Shown: in pieces, positions 52,688-62,278 of the stretch
How the letters are laid out: the number at the start of each line of letters is the position of its first letter
How positions within the stretch are numbered: position 1 is the first letter of the stretch
NCBI GenBank assembly: GCA_965207885.1
Contig: OZ242311.1
Coordinates: forward strand, 992,001-1,056,000
Reading direction: 5' to 3'
Length of the DNA stretch: 64,000 bases
Origin: Candidatus Latescibacterota bacterium
GTDB taxonomy: Bacteria > Latescibacterota > UBA2968
Made by a program: the position numbers and the translations under genes
Notes under the pieces: generated by a model
What the model was told of the DNA's origin: nothing
Databases searched by the model: none
The model's input: only the letters and a program-made list of their open reading frames with translations

Positions 52688-54403
52688 TTGACGCAAATAT
52701 TCACTATTGTTAAGATGCTGCGGCCTTATTGGCGGTATATCATTCAGTCGCTTTGTGTTGGCATTTTGTTTATGTTGTTTCAGATACCAGGACCTTATTT
52801 CACGAAAATAATGATCGATGACGTATATCCGCATAAAGATTTCTCTCTGTTGAATTTTGTTCTGTTGTTGGGCATGCTCATGTCATTGGGTGTAGGCGGG
52901 ATGAGGTTTATCAGTGGGTATTTTGGTCAGTGTGTTGGCATCCGGATGGGGTATGATTTTCAAGCGCGTTTTTACAAACATATACAAACGTTGGATTTTG
53001 GTTTTTTTGATAGCCGGGAGACGGGTGAAATACTATCTCGATTTCGAGATATGCGAAGTTCAATTGCCAGTGTTATTAGTTTGATTAACACGCTGATTAT
53101 CAATTCGCTCCAACTCCTAATTTTTCCGCCCATTCTGTTCTTTATCAATTGGAAACTGGCACTGATTAGCCTTACAGTTTTGCCCTTTGACACGCTGTTG
53201 GTTATGATTTCAAGACGGTTTATCCGCAAATATACAAGGGAAGTTGCAGAACGCTCAGCAGAGTTATCGGCGAAAAATTACGAGTCCATCTCTTCAATTA
53301 GAACAGTGCAGTCTTTGGGGTTGGAAGCTTCATTTTTTCAGAAGCTACAGGGATTGTTCATCGGTGTGGCAAATTTGAGAATGAAAGTGTCGCTTTTTTC
53401 GGGCACAACGGGATATGCCAGCACCATTATCAAGACAGGCGGAACACTTGCCTACGGCTTCTACGGATGGCACGAGGTGTTATCTGACAATTTGACGTTG
53501 GGAAGTTATATGGCTTTTACGGGCTATGTGGGGTATTTGTATGGACCCATAAAAAGTCTCATTGGCCTGTTGCGGCGCATCGAATCCACGCTGGTTCATA
53601 CAGATCGCTTTTTTGAAGTCTATAATATTACGCCTGACATACGCGATGAACCGCAGTTGGCTGAACTCAACGGGGTTCGTGGAAGGATAGAGTTTCGAGA
53701 TGTCAATTTTGCATATCAGCCCGAAAGGGTGGTGTTGAACGAGATCAATCTCCAGATTGACGCCGATCAAACAGTCGCCATTGTTGGAAGAAGTGGGTCG
53801 GGCAAATCTACCCTGGCAAAGCTCATTCCGAGGTTCTACGATCCAGTGGATGGGCAGGTCTTGATCGATGGGGTCGATATCAGGCAATACCGTCTCAATT
53901 CTCTGCGACAAAATATCGGCTTTGTGATGCAAGGCAGTGCGCTGTTTCAGGGGAGTATTTTGGAGAATCTGACGTTTAACAAACCCATTTCCATGATTGA
54001 TGTCGAAGCCGCAACCCGGGCAGCCTATATCCACGATTTTGTCACGAAGCTCCCCAACGGCTATCACACTGTCATCGGTGAGCAGGGGGCGCAACTTTCA
54101 GAGGGGCAAAAGCAGAGGGTCGCACTTGCACGAGTGCTACTACAGAACACACCCATCTTGATTTTGGATGAACCCACTGCGGCACTGGATAACGAGTCTG
54201 AGTTTTATATTCAAGAAGCGATGAAGGAAATTTGCAAACAAAGAACAGTGATCGTCATTGCCCATCGTCTGTCAACCATCCGGCGTGCAGACAAAATCGT
54301 GGTCATCGACCAGGGAAGAATTGCTGAGGAAGGCAGCCACGAGGTTTTGATGCTGCAAGATGGTGTTTATTCCATGCTCCAGGAGAGAGCAGCGAGGATT
54401 TGA
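52688..54403 (+). CDS. ABC exporter (TMD+NBD) of peptide/type I secretion type, no C39 peptidase domain
   Basis: 'GRSGSGKS', 'LSEGQKQR', 'DEPTAALD', 'IAHRL'; 571 aa. Confidence 0.9.
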   Translation: MTQIFTIVKMLRPYWRYIIQSLCVGILFMLFQIPGPYFTKIMIDDVYPHKDFSLLNFVLLLGMLMSLGVGGMRFISGYFGQCVGIRMGYDFQARFYKHIQTLDFGFFDSRETGEILSRFRDMRSSIASVISLINTLIINSLQLLIFPPILFFINWKLALISLTVLPFDTLLVMISRRFIRKYTREVAERSAELSAKNYESISSIRTVQSLGLEASFFQKLQGLFIGVANLRMKVSLFSGTTGYASTIIKTGGTLAYGFYGWHEVLSDNLTLGSYMAFTGYVGYLYGPIKSLIGLLRRIESTLVHTDRFFEVYNITPDIRDEPQLAELNGVRGRIEFRDVNFAYQPERVVLNEINLQIDADQTVAIVGRSGSGKSTLAKLIPRFYDPVDGQVLIDGVDIRQYRLNSLRQNIGFVMQGSALFQGSILENLTFNKPISMIDVEAATRAAYIHDFVTKLPNGYHTVIGEQGAQLSEGQKQRVALARVLLQNTPILILDEPTAALDNESEFYIQEAMKEICKQRTVIVIAHRLSTIRRADKIVVIDQGRIAEEGSHEVLMLQDGVYSMLQERAARI

Positions 54404-54545
54404 TATGTTCAAAGCAAAGTGCCCAATTCTAAAAGCACCTCTTGACAAGGAAAGGAGGTAAATGAAAAATCACTACACGGTGCTTTGTCCATAGTGAATG
54501 GAAAACATTCACCGATTTCTAATTTTTACAGTATTGGAGGATCAC

Positions 54546-55022
54546 ATGCAAAAGCTGGTGAAAAGAAGGATGCATTACGAAACCATTATGCCCGTTGAGG
54601 CTTATGACGATGAAAAAAAGAAAGAGGATGAGAACACGGCCGATATTATTGGTGCTTCTCTTACGTTTCTGGGTATAGTAGTAACGACGTCTGGGGGTCC
54701 TGTTAGCCAAGCTGCAGGAATGCTTCTCGCTGGCGGGGGTCTCGCGACTACGGCTATCCATAATGAACAATTTACAGAGACAGCAAGAGAAGTAGCTACT
54801 GTTGAGGCAGAGACTGATTTAATAATATCTGAGGGTCTCGTAGATGCAGGCAGTGCTGGAGCCAGTGCTATAGGTGAAGGAATCTTAGCTGTAGGTGCTG
54901 CTGTCGAAGCTGTAGAAGAATTTGCCGGACATGTAGCCGAGAGAGCACCACAGGCGATGGCAGATGCGGTTACAGAAATGGTTGAGACGATAACCGACTT
55001 TGGGGACGATGGCGGAGGTTAA
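54546..55022 (+). CDS. Candidate secreted precursor protein (158 aa) with CLI_3235-like leader
   Basis: SD GGAGG (54536-54540) before ATG 54546; leader MQKLVKRRMHYETIMPVEAY; Gly/Ala-rich hydrophobic core; directly follows the exporter. Confidence 0.65.
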   Translation: MQKLVKRRMHYETIMPVEAYDDEKKKEDENTADIIGASLTFLGIVVTTSGGPVSQAAGMLLAGGGLATTAIHNEQFTETAREVATVEAETDLIISEGLVDAGSAGASAIGEGILAVGAAVEAVEEFAGHVAERAPQAMADAVTEMVETITDFGDDGGG

Positions 55023-55088
55023 TTCAAATAAACCTACATTTCGTTGTAAATTAAAAATGTAGTATGGGCCAGTTTTTATGGATCATTG

Positions 55089-55126
55089 CAGGTATTGCAC
55101 TCTTGTATATTTGAGTGCAATACCTG
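55089..55126 (+). other. Perfect 14-bp stem-loop after the precursor gene (mRNA stabiliser or attenuator)
   Basis: CAGGTATTGCACTC / GAGTGCAATACCTG; no clear U-tract. Confidence 0.6.
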
Positions 55127-55175
55127 AATTGCTCATTCTTCCCCGAAACTTGATAGCAAGAATAAGAGAAGCTGT

Positions 55176-56087
55176 ATGCTTAAATCATTTTCAAAAATCG
55201 AGACAAAAAAAATCCTGATTTACTTTCTCTTACTTTTTTTTCTCTTAGGATGTATTCATGCTATTCTAAAAATTACAGGTAATATAAGTCCTGGGGAAAC
55301 ACCTCCTTGGGGTATATGGATCTTCATTTTTTTTATAATCTGGATGTTGTTCAACTTGCGAAGACCTGGTAAGACCTTGAGTGAATTATTAGGTACCAAT
55401 ATTACCTTTTCAAAATTGGAAGTTATGGCCATATCCATGGGGAAATTCTTGCTGGCTTTTGGATTTACAATTCTGGTTCTTCGCCCATTATTTGGTTTTG
55501 AGATAGGTTCCATGTATTTGATGCGCTACAAATTAAGTATGGGACATTTTTCATTGGACCCAATACATTTTATTAAATTGATAATTTTATCTCCAATAGC
55601 AGAGGAATTGTTCTTTAGGGGCTATTTGCTGCAAAGGCTTTCGGCCAAATGGGGATTGAAAACTGGGTTGTTCATTTCCGCCGTTATCTTTTCTGTCGTG
55701 CATCCAAATATCTTTAGTGCTTTGATTTTGGGTCTTTTGACTACGCTCATTTATGTCAAAACTCAAAATATCTTCGCTCCAATCTTGTGTCATAGTCTTA
55801 GTAATGCCTTCGTTGTTTTTAGATTTTTTCTCATATACAGTTTCGCCAGGTTGGAATCTTTACTCCAGATCAATGTCTCTCTAACCACCTTTGGTCTGAT
55901 CTTGCTCATTCCTGGCTTCTTGATCACAGGTTATTTTATTTTTAAACTCTGGTCTGTATTAAACGATCCGCCTGACGGTGCATCTGTCTCCGCCCCTTCT
56001 TGCGCTACCGCAGACAAGTATGATGTGTCGGCAGACAAGGATACTACAGACAGGCTTGCTCAGCAGACGAGTCAGGACGGTAATTAA
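55176..56087 (+). CDS. CPBP/Abi (type II CAAX) intramembrane protease
   Basis: 'PIAEELFFRG', 'FSVVH', 'CHSLSN'. Confidence 0.9.
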   Translation: MLKSFSKIETKKILIYFLLLFFLLGCIHAILKITGNISPGETPPWGIWIFIFFIIWMLFNLRRPGKTLSELLGTNITFSKLEVMAISMGKFLLAFGFTILVLRPLFGFEIGSMYLMRYKLSMGHFSLDPIHFIKLIILSPIAEELFFRGYLLQRLSAKWGLKTGLFISAVIFSVVHPNIFSALILGLLTTLIYVKTQNIFAPILCHSLSNAFVVFRFFLIYSFARLESLLQINVSLTTFGLILLIPGFLITGYFIFKLWSVLNDPPDGASVSAPSCATADKYDVSADKDTTDRLAQQTSQDGN

Positions 56088-56258
56088 ACCAAGTTCTTAA
56101 AGAAGGCAGGAAATCTTCTCATCCAGGGTGGAGGACCTGAAAAATGCCGATAGATTTAAAAAAATTTTATACCTGCCCGAATGTGGACATCCTGTGGGGT
56201 GGTGGCGCAAATTCCGTACGGAAGTAAAGGATCCGCCGATACCCCTAACCCATTTGAA

Positions 56259-57260
56259 ATGAAAACGATGCCTAAAAATAAAGTCCTATCTCATATTGGT
56301 GCAGCCATAAATCATGTTTATGGGCCTGCAAGCATAGACTATAAGCCTACAGAACTGGTCGTGTTGTGTCTGGTTCGCGATGGGCAAGCATACATGCGAA
56401 CATTTATTGAACATTATTTGGGACTTGGAATCCGGCATATCATTTTTTTGGATAATGGTTCAAAAGACAGGACGATTGCCATTGCCAGGCAGTATCCCCA
56501 AATATCCATCTTTTCTACCACGCTGTCGTATAAAGAATATAAATATCAAATGAAGGAATATTTGATTCGCCGGTTCGGGCAGAACAGATGGTCACTCTAC
56601 GTGGATATTGATGAACTGTTCGACTTTCCATCATCGGATAAAATCCGCATAAGAGACCTTTTGGAATATTTAAACGTTCATTCATTTACCGCAGTCGTGG
56701 CGCAAATGCTGGATATGTTTTCGGAAGATACGTTAGCAAATTTGCCCGATGCAGAATCGACTCCCCTAAAGGATGCTTGCAATTATTACGATTTGTCGGA
56801 TATCGCTAAAGAAGCGTATTCAGATTCTGAATTTTGTCCTCATAATTTTGTTTCCAACCAAAGGATTGCCCATCATAAAGGTGGCATAAGACAGACGCTT
56901 TTTGGTGCAGATTGTTCTTTAACGAAACATCCGCTTATTTTTTTAGATGACGAGATCAAACCTATGTGTGAGTCTTCTCATAAGATCGAAAATGGATATA
57001 TCGCAGATATTACAACTGTGCTCTACCATTTCAAATTTATCGATGGTTTTGAAAACCTCACTCAAAGGGCGGTGCATGAAGAGAATTACTGGATGGATTC
57101 ACGAGAATACAAAAGATATTATGAAGTCATGAAACGCGACCCCAATCTCGTGATAAAACAGAAAACTTCGAGAAAGCTAAACAGCATTGACGAATTGGTG
57201 GAGTGCGGATTTCTTGTTGTTTCGAAAAATTTTCAGAATTGGGGTGTCATAGGCAGTTGA
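56259..57260 (+). CDS. GT-A fold glycosyltransferase (GT2-like); start uncertain
   Basis: 'VRDG...FIEHY..LG', 'FLDNGSKD', 'YVDIDE', 'HFKF'. Confidence 0.85.
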   Translation: MKTMPKNKVLSHIGAAINHVYGPASIDYKPTELVVLCLVRDGQAYMRTFIEHYLGLGIRHIIFLDNGSKDRTIAIARQYPQISIFSTTLSYKEYKYQMKEYLIRRFGQNRWSLYVDIDELFDFPSSDKIRIRDLLEYLNVHSFTAVVAQMLDMFSEDTLANLPDAESTPLKDACNYYDLSDIAKEAYSDSEFCPHNFVSNQRIAHHKGGIRQTLFGADCSLTKHPLIFLDDEIKPMCESSHKIENGYIADITTVLYHFKFIDGFENLTQRAVHEENYWMDSREYKRYYEVMKRDPNLVIKQKTSRKLNSIDELVECGFLVVSKNFQNWGVIGS

Positions 57261-57288
57261 TATACGGAGATTTGATTGCGAGTCTAAA

Positions 57289-58320
57289 ATGAAAAAAGAG
57301 TTGCCTATAGGAATGCCCCGGATTACTTGCGCGCTTCATCATGCGTATCCGCTGTCCATATTGGCAATCTCGGATGATTATCTCCCCTGGTTTTATAGCC
57401 ATTATATCCAGATGGAATACGAAACAGACCATAAATATAGATTCAACTTTTATCGCTACCCCCACTATCTTGTGTCTGTATCTCCTTGGTTGCAAATTCA
57501 GATGATGCATCATAATGTCGTTCGCAGGGCGTATAAAAACGCGGTAGATTTCGTTAAAGACGCCATCAATGAAAATTTATATATCCAAATGGATGTCGAT
57601 GAGTTTTATATCCCTCACAAAGAGTTGTACAATCGTCACCATTACACGCGCGAATTGCTTATTTACGGATATGACTCACTAAATCAAACCCTTAAGACGC
57701 TGGGCTTTAACGCAGAGGGGAATTATACGTCGAACAATGTTTCTTTTCGTCAGTTTGAGGAAGCTCATATAAATTCTATCTCAAACAATGAGCAGGATTG
57801 CAGAGTATTTATGTTCAGATATATAGATAACGCACAATATGAATTCGACCTCAATGCCGTTCTTGAACAACTGCAAGATTATCTCTATGCAGTCAACACG
57901 TCGAAAAGATTCAGGAGTTTAGCACCTGTCAAAAACTATGCTTATGGTCTTGCGACATATAGGGTTATTCAGAATTATCTTTTGTTTAAGGCTGACAATG
58001 CAAGTGATATTAACCGTATAACTTTTCACACGCTTTGGGAGCATAAAAAATGCATGACAGAACGTCTTAATTTTTTGGAACAACACGGATTTTTAAGTTC
58101 ATCTTTTGGGTTGCAGATGGCTTATGAAAGCGTAGAAAAAAAGACACAGCAATTGCGCGCCATGTCTTTTAAGTATGTCCTGACAAAAGATACTGCGATT
58201 GTAGAAAGGATGGTTGAATTGATCAACATAATCGCGTCGGAAGAGAAGCAGATATTAGTGCGTGTTTGTGCTGCTCTGAAGAGCGGGATGGAGGGGATTA
58301 ATAATTCCAACACGGTTTAG
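57289..58320 (+). CDS. Papain-fold BtrH/C39-like protein, paralogue 1
   Basis: 'VDEFYIP...LLIYGYD', 'YGLATY', 'LWEHKKCM'; similar along its length to 61219-62255. Confidence 0.65.
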   Translation: MKKELPIGMPRITCALHHAYPLSILAISDDYLPWFYSHYIQMEYETDHKYRFNFYRYPHYLVSVSPWLQIQMMHHNVVRRAYKNAVDFVKDAINENLYIQMDVDEFYIPHKELYNRHHYTRELLIYGYDSLNQTLKTLGFNAEGNYTSNNVSFRQFEEAHINSISNNEQDCRVFMFRYIDNAQYEFDLNAVLEQLQDYLYAVNTSKRFRSLAPVKNYAYGLATYRVIQNYLLFKADNASDINRITFHTLWEHKKCMTERLNFLEQHGFLSSSFGLQMAYESVEKKTQQLRAMSFKYVLTKDTAIVERMVELINIIASEEKQILVRVCAALKSGMEGINNSNTV

Positions 58321-58377
58321 TGTGTACCCAACTCGATTACTGCGTAACGTCGTAAATCAAGAGAGGAGACATACAGT

Positions 58378-58836
58378 ATGAAAACACGAATCATCATATG
58401 GGTGGCCTCACTGGTCTTAACAGGGGCACTTAATGTAGTCGCAGAAGAAATGCCTGACCCGGCTTCTGTATCCAAGATAGCGGATATCAAACGCCTGATG
58501 GAAATAACCGATGTACGCAATCTTGGCAGGAAAATTATGAATCGGCTGGTTCTCACCATGAGGAAAGGTCGTTCAGCAGTTCCTTGGGATGATTTCATGG
58601 CTGAATTTGACGTCAATGAGTTTATTGAAATGATTATACCCATTTACGACAAGCATTTCACCCATGAGGAAATCAAGCAACTGATCGCATTTTATGAGTC
58701 TCCTATAGGGAAAAAGATGATTAAAGTTCAACCTCAACTTATGATGGACAGCATGGCAGCGGGCGAAGAGTGGGGAAAAAAGTTGATCAAGAGAGTCAAG
58801 GAAAAACTCCACGAAGAAGGATATGAAAAAAACTAA
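58378..58836 (+). CDS. DUF2059 domain secreted protein
   Basis: Signal peptide; 'IYDKHFTHEEIKQLIAFYESPIGKK'; SD GAGGAG. Confidence 0.88.
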   Translation: MKTRIIIWVASLVLTGALNVVAEEMPDPASVSKIADIKRLMEITDVRNLGRKIMNRLVLTMRKGRSAVPWDDFMAEFDVNEFIEMIIPIYDKHFTHEEIKQLIAFYESPIGKKMIKVQPQLMMDSMAAGEEWGKKLIKRVKEKLHEEGYEKN

Positions 58837-59018
58837 TCTATGCGTCACACCATTTTTGATTGCGCTGAAAAATTTATTTGGAAAAATGTGCGGTAATTGA
58901 GCGACAGTTATTCGTCTATCGGGTGGTTCGCACAAGGCGGTGATCATCGCTCTATTTACCTATCAAAACGCGGATAGCTGAGTTGTATGGACTTGAACCG
59001 GATATTTAATGGCTTGTT

Positions 59019-60950
59019 ATGTATATCATACAGAAAAAATACAAATGCAATTTCCATGATCTAAGCGGAGAAGGTGTCAAGGTTGCAATTATCGATAGCG
59101 GGATTGATCGTTCTCATGAAGTGTTGCAGCGTGTGACCGCAGGAATCTGTTTTGAGTTTTCTGCGGGCAATGTCCTTACGTCTGAAGACTATCGAGACAC
59201 ATCTGGTCATGGCACTGCGGTTGCGAGTATTATCAAAAAGAAGGCTCCGGGTACAGAGCTATATGCTATAAAAATCTTCGATCAATCTCTGATTGTCGAA
59301 CAAAAAATTCTCCTTGAATCCATTCGCTGGGCAATTGATCAGAACGTCGATATCATCAATCTGAGCCTTGGGACAACAGACATCCAGGTCAAGAATGCTC
59401 TGTTGGATATATGTAAGGTGGCAACGAAAAAGGGTATCGCAATCGTCGCTGCCGAACACAATTCAGGGCAGGAGAGTTATCCCGCCTATTTCTCCAATGT
59501 GATCGGTGTGAAGGCGGGGGAGATAAAAGGGCGTTACAATTATCTGTTTTGTGCAGGAGAGTCTATTGAATGTATCGCACCTGGAACAACGCAGCGCGTT
59601 CTCTGGACAGGTGGGCGAGAGCATATTGTTGAAGGCAGTAGCTTTGCTGCGCCTCACCTCACGGGCATTATCGCATTAATCAAACAGGCCTTTCCCAAAG
59701 CCAATCTGAATGAGATCAGACACATATTAGAGGTGAATGCCAGTCGAGAAGTGCAGCAACAAATCCCTTCAGGTCGCAAGATTCGGGTGCATACTCCCCA
59801 AACGTCCCAATCCTTTGATCCAAACAAGATTAAAAGAGCAGCTATTTATCCCTATAACAAGAAAATGCATAGTCTAATGCGTTTCAGGGAGTTGTTAAAT
59901 TTTGAAATTGTGGGTATCGCTGATCCCATTGCCAAAGGTTATGTTGGGAAAGATGCTGGTGAAGCGATTGGCATACCGCCCGTTGGCATACGGGTTCAGC
60001 CGCGATTTCAAGAGATATTGAAAGAGGCTGATACGCTTATTCTGGGCTATGTAGATGAACTGAGTCGAATTACTAAAAAGAATGTCCTGCGCGAGAGTAT
60101 TGAGAAGGCCATTGATGCCAACTTAAATGTGTTCAGCTTTCTGTCCGTTTATCAGAAGGATTTAAGAGATTTGATTGATAAGGCTCGTAAAAAGAACCTC
60201 TGGATTTATTCGCCTGACGTTCATCAAAATGACCTGCTCAAAGCACTTCAGCCCCACAATAATCCAGCCGTTGATGTGCCAGTTATCGGTGTTTTTGGCA
60301 CGAGTGCTCAACAGGGTAAGTTCACTGTTCAACTCGCCTTGAGGTCAAAGCTGATAAAAGAGGGATATAAGGTTGGGCAAATCGGTACCGAACACCATTC
60401 TCAGTTATTTGGAATGGATGTGGCATTTCCAACGGGCTACGCCTCTCCACTGCAATTTCCAATACAGCTTCACGCGCCTTATCTGGATTTCAAAATGCGC
60501 GAGATCTGTGCGAATAAGAAACCGGATTTAATGCTTGTCGGGGCACAGTCGGGAAGTATCCCCTATGATGTCCATGAGCCGGGAAATCACACGCTTTCAA
60601 CACTTGTTTTTATGCTGGGTACAAAACCCGATGCCAATATATTGGTCGTGAATAGCGTTGATGATGGCGAGTATATACGCGATACCATGAACACGCTCAA
60701 GGCAATTACCAAAGGCCCCGTGTTATGCCTCGCAATGAGTGATAAAGAAAAACACATCCGAGCAGCTTATGGCCGAACACTGATTAGTCCGCGTCAAATG
60801 TCAAAAGAAGAAATCAAAGAGAAATTGGCGTATTTGGAGGATAGATTTGAGATTCCAGCTATAGAGATTGTGTCAGAGGAGGGGCAACAGAGGATGGTTG
60901 ACCTCATTATAAGCTACTTTGCAGATGAGCAAGAAGGAGGGGATGTATGA
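59019..60950 (+). CDS. S8 subtilase fused to a TIGR04066/DUF1611-like (Rossmann + P-loop-like) domain
   Basis: Triad motifs 'IIDSGID', 'GHGT', 'GSSFAAP'; C-terminal 'PVIGVFGTSAQQGKF', 'GTKPDANIL'; no signal peptide. Confidence 0.85.
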   Translation: MYIIQKKYKCNFHDLSGEGVKVAIIDSGIDRSHEVLQRVTAGICFEFSAGNVLTSEDYRDTSGHGTAVASIIKKKAPGTELYAIKIFDQSLIVEQKILLESIRWAIDQNVDIINLSLGTTDIQVKNALLDICKVATKKGIAIVAAEHNSGQESYPAYFSNVIGVKAGEIKGRYNYLFCAGESIECIAPGTTQRVLWTGGREHIVEGSSFAAPHLTGIIALIKQAFPKANLNEIRHILEVNASREVQQQIPSGRKIRVHTPQTSQSFDPNKIKRAAIYPYNKKMHSLMRFRELLNFEIVGIADPIAKGYVGKDAGEAIGIPPVGIRVQPRFQEILKEADTLILGYVDELSRITKKNVLRESIEKAIDANLNVFSFLSVYQKDLRDLIDKARKKNLWIYSPDVHQNDLLKALQPHNNPAVDVPVIGVFGTSAQQGKFTVQLALRSKLIKEGYKVGQIGTEHHSQLFGMDVAFPTGYASPLQFPIQLHAPYLDFKMREICANKKPDLMLVGAQSGSIPYDVHEPGNHTLSTLVFMLGTKPDANILVVNSVDDGEYIRDTMNTLKAITKGPVLCLAMSDKEKHIRAAYGRTLISPRQMSKEEIKEKLAYLEDRFEIPAIEIVSEEGQQRMVDLIISYFADEQEGGDV

Positions 60951-61216
60951 ATGATGATCTAAAGATACAGATAAAACAGACGATTGTGCGTGCGTTAAAC
61001 CTTGAAATTGATCCCGAAGAGATAGGAGATTCAGATGTGCTTTTTGGTGGAGAAATGGGTCTCAATTCAATGGCAATGGTTGAACTCGTTGTGGGCATAG
61101 AAGATGAATTTGACCTTGAAATCTCAGATGAAGATCTGAGTGCCGAAGTTTTTAAAAGTGTGCAGACGATTGAAGATTATATCCGGTCTGTGCGTGAGTG
61201 CGTTTTGACTGCCTGA
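60947..61216 (+). CDS. Acyl carrier protein
   Basis: Acidic, 89 aa; 'GLNSMAMVELVVGIEDEF' with the Ppant Ser; ATGA overlap with the protease gene. Confidence 0.85.
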   Translation: MNDDLKIQIKQTIVRALNLEIDPEEIGDSDVLFGGEMGLNSMAMVELVVGIEDEFDLEISDEDLSAEVFKSVQTIEDYIRSVRECVLTA

Positions 61217-61218
61217 AA

Positions 61219-62255
61219 ATGAAAAAATCGCTTCCCATCCAGTTATCCCCACCCATCCACGGCTATCCCCGCCATGGCTACCGACTTTCGATTATGTCGC
61301 TTCACGATGCGTATATTCCCTGGTTCTTCTGCAATTACATACAGCTATTCGCCGTTGATCTGTTAAATGAGAGCAAACACAACATCCGATTCAACTTCTA
61401 TTTTCAGGGTCCATACTCCCCGCCGTGGCTGTCTATCTACACCGTTCCACGGCGATCAATTGCTAAAGTCTATCATCAGATTGTGCCGTTTATTCGAGAT
61501 CAGATTGATGAGGGTTTTTATGTCCAGTTGATGGCCGATGAGTATTTCCTGCCGATGAGTATTTCCTGCCGCATACGCCATTTTATGAGAAGATACATCA
61601 TCCACATGCTATTATGGCATTTGGATACGATGACGATACAGAAACGCTTGAGACTCTGGGATTCAATAGAGCGCGGGACTACTCTGTTTCAAGGGTTGGA
61701 TATTCAGATTTTGAAGCGGCGTTTCGCTGGGTTGATCCCGAGAAACGCAGATCGTACCTGGTGACTCTTTTTGAGTATAATGAGGACGGTATCTATGAGT
61801 TTGACATTGATGCTGTCATTGACCAGTTGCGAGCCTACATCCATTCAGAGAATCCGTCTATTCACTATCGGATGTTGCGTAAGCCGGTTGAAGGCGTTTT
61901 TGGGATGGCGACGTATAAGCTCTTGCGAGATTATTTTACGCATTTGTTTGTTCAGCCTCGGTTGTGGGATCGGCGGCATCTGTTCACGCTTTGGGAGCAC
62001 AAGCGTTGTATGTTAGACAGGCTTGCTTATCTGGAAGAGCGCGGGTATTTGCGTCCGTCAGACCAGTTTCATCAGGCGTACAAGGAGGTCGAGCATAAGG
62101 CGCATCAGATTCATCTGATGATGCTTAAATTGCGAGCGTTGGTGGAGGTCAAGAGAGCGTGGGATGTGGATCGTATTTTGAAGATTATCACCTTGTTAGA
62201 TGATATTTCTCAAAGGGAAGAGCGCATTCTGAAGGATGTTTTGAAGGCGCTTTGA
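61219..62255 (+). pseudogene. Papain-fold BtrH/C39-like paralogue 2, frameshifted by a 17-bp tandem duplication
   Basis: GCCGATGAGTATTTCCT repeated at 61534-61550 and 61551-61567; removing one copy fuses the two ORFs into 339 aa. Confidence 0.85.
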
Positions 62256-62278
62256 AACGCGTACACGATAGCACATAG

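Noticed and set aside
54462-54494. 10-codon ORF MKNHYTVLCP after AGGAGGT
   Set aside because: The SD is only 2-3 nt from the ATG and overlaps the putative promoter spacer; translation cannot be supported, though ribosome profiling could test it
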